64,000 bases of DNA from Narcine bancroftii. Its lineage: Eukaryota. Where the stretch lies: contig NC_091474.1 of assembly GCF_036971445.1 (NCBI RefSeq), positions 209,064,001-209,128,000 on the forward strand, read 5' to 3'. The notes under the pieces are model-generated. The model made no database searches. It was not told where the DNA came from and was given only the letters and a program-made list of their open reading frames with translations. The position numbers and the translations under genes were made by a program. Shown here in pieces: positions 63,404 through 64,000 of the stretch (positions within the stretch are counted from its first letter, which is position 1; each line of letters begins with the position of its first letter).

Positions 63404-63833
63404 ATTATGATCTTGCATTTAAACAAAATTAATCATACATAATTATAACATAATTAAACATTCTGTACAACACAGTATGAGCCCTTCAGCCCCTGTTGTT
63501 GTGCCAACTATATAAACTTTTAAAAAATTTTAAAGGACCATGGGAAAATGGTAGTAGCAATAAAATACATCGGCACACGATTTATAAAGACCGTGGGAAA
63601 GTTGCAGAGAGAGAGAAAGAGCGCACATGATGGCGGACCTCCATCCCAGAATTCTATGTGGTAGAGAAAGGGCTGTATGAATGGAGCACTCAAGGAGGGG
63701 TTTCTCTGCTGCACGGAATTCTGGGAGGGCAGGTTCACCATAGTGTTCATGTGCTCTCTTTCTACGACTTTCCCATGGTCTTTATAAATTATAATTACGC
63801 ATGATTAATTTTGTTTAAATACATGATCATAAT
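63404..63833. repeat. Long imperfect inverted repeat, probably the interior of a non-autonomous DNA transposon
   Basis: 63404-63448 pairs with 63789-63833, and 63581-63669 pairs with 63701-63788. Confidence 0.8.
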
Positions 63834-64000
63834 ATTTTGATCAGGATTTAGTAAATTGAATACAAAGTTTATATCTTTTTAATCTTTTGTTTCCTTCACA
63901 TTCCTGCACTCATCATCAACGTGTCCCTACTTTGTCCATGGATAGTTCATGTCCCTTTCTCTGGGCTAATTGGCACACAGGCATCAGATGTCTCTGGGGA

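Overview
This is repeat-rich vertebrate nuclear DNA, intronic or intergenic. The repeat landscape (many CR1, Rex1/Babar, V-SINE, Penelope, L1/Tx1, RTE) points to a cartilaginous fish, probably a ray; that is an inference, not a database match. No host protein-coding gene can be identified with confidence, and nearly all listed ORFs are decayed transposon pieces or spurious. The main structures are: (1) a full-length but decayed Ty3/Gypsy LTR retrotransposon (18678-23534, minus; GACTG TSD) with no tRNA-type primer-binding site, a 15-nt perfect complement of its own LTR in that position (candidate self-priming) and a YLDN RT motif; (2) a young 5'-truncated RTE LINE (56375-58851; 18-bp TSD) capped by a 31-bp GC-rich tandem array; (3) a ~1.07-kb solo LTR inside a CR1; (4) Penelope fragments with hammerhead-like relics; (5) a three-level L1-in-L1-in-Rex nest; (6) several fold-back DNA-transposon MITEs, including a hAT element built from two inverted, self-palindromic units. 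A few unassigned splice-bounded segments may be exons. Boundaries of decayed repeats are approximate and were read by eye.
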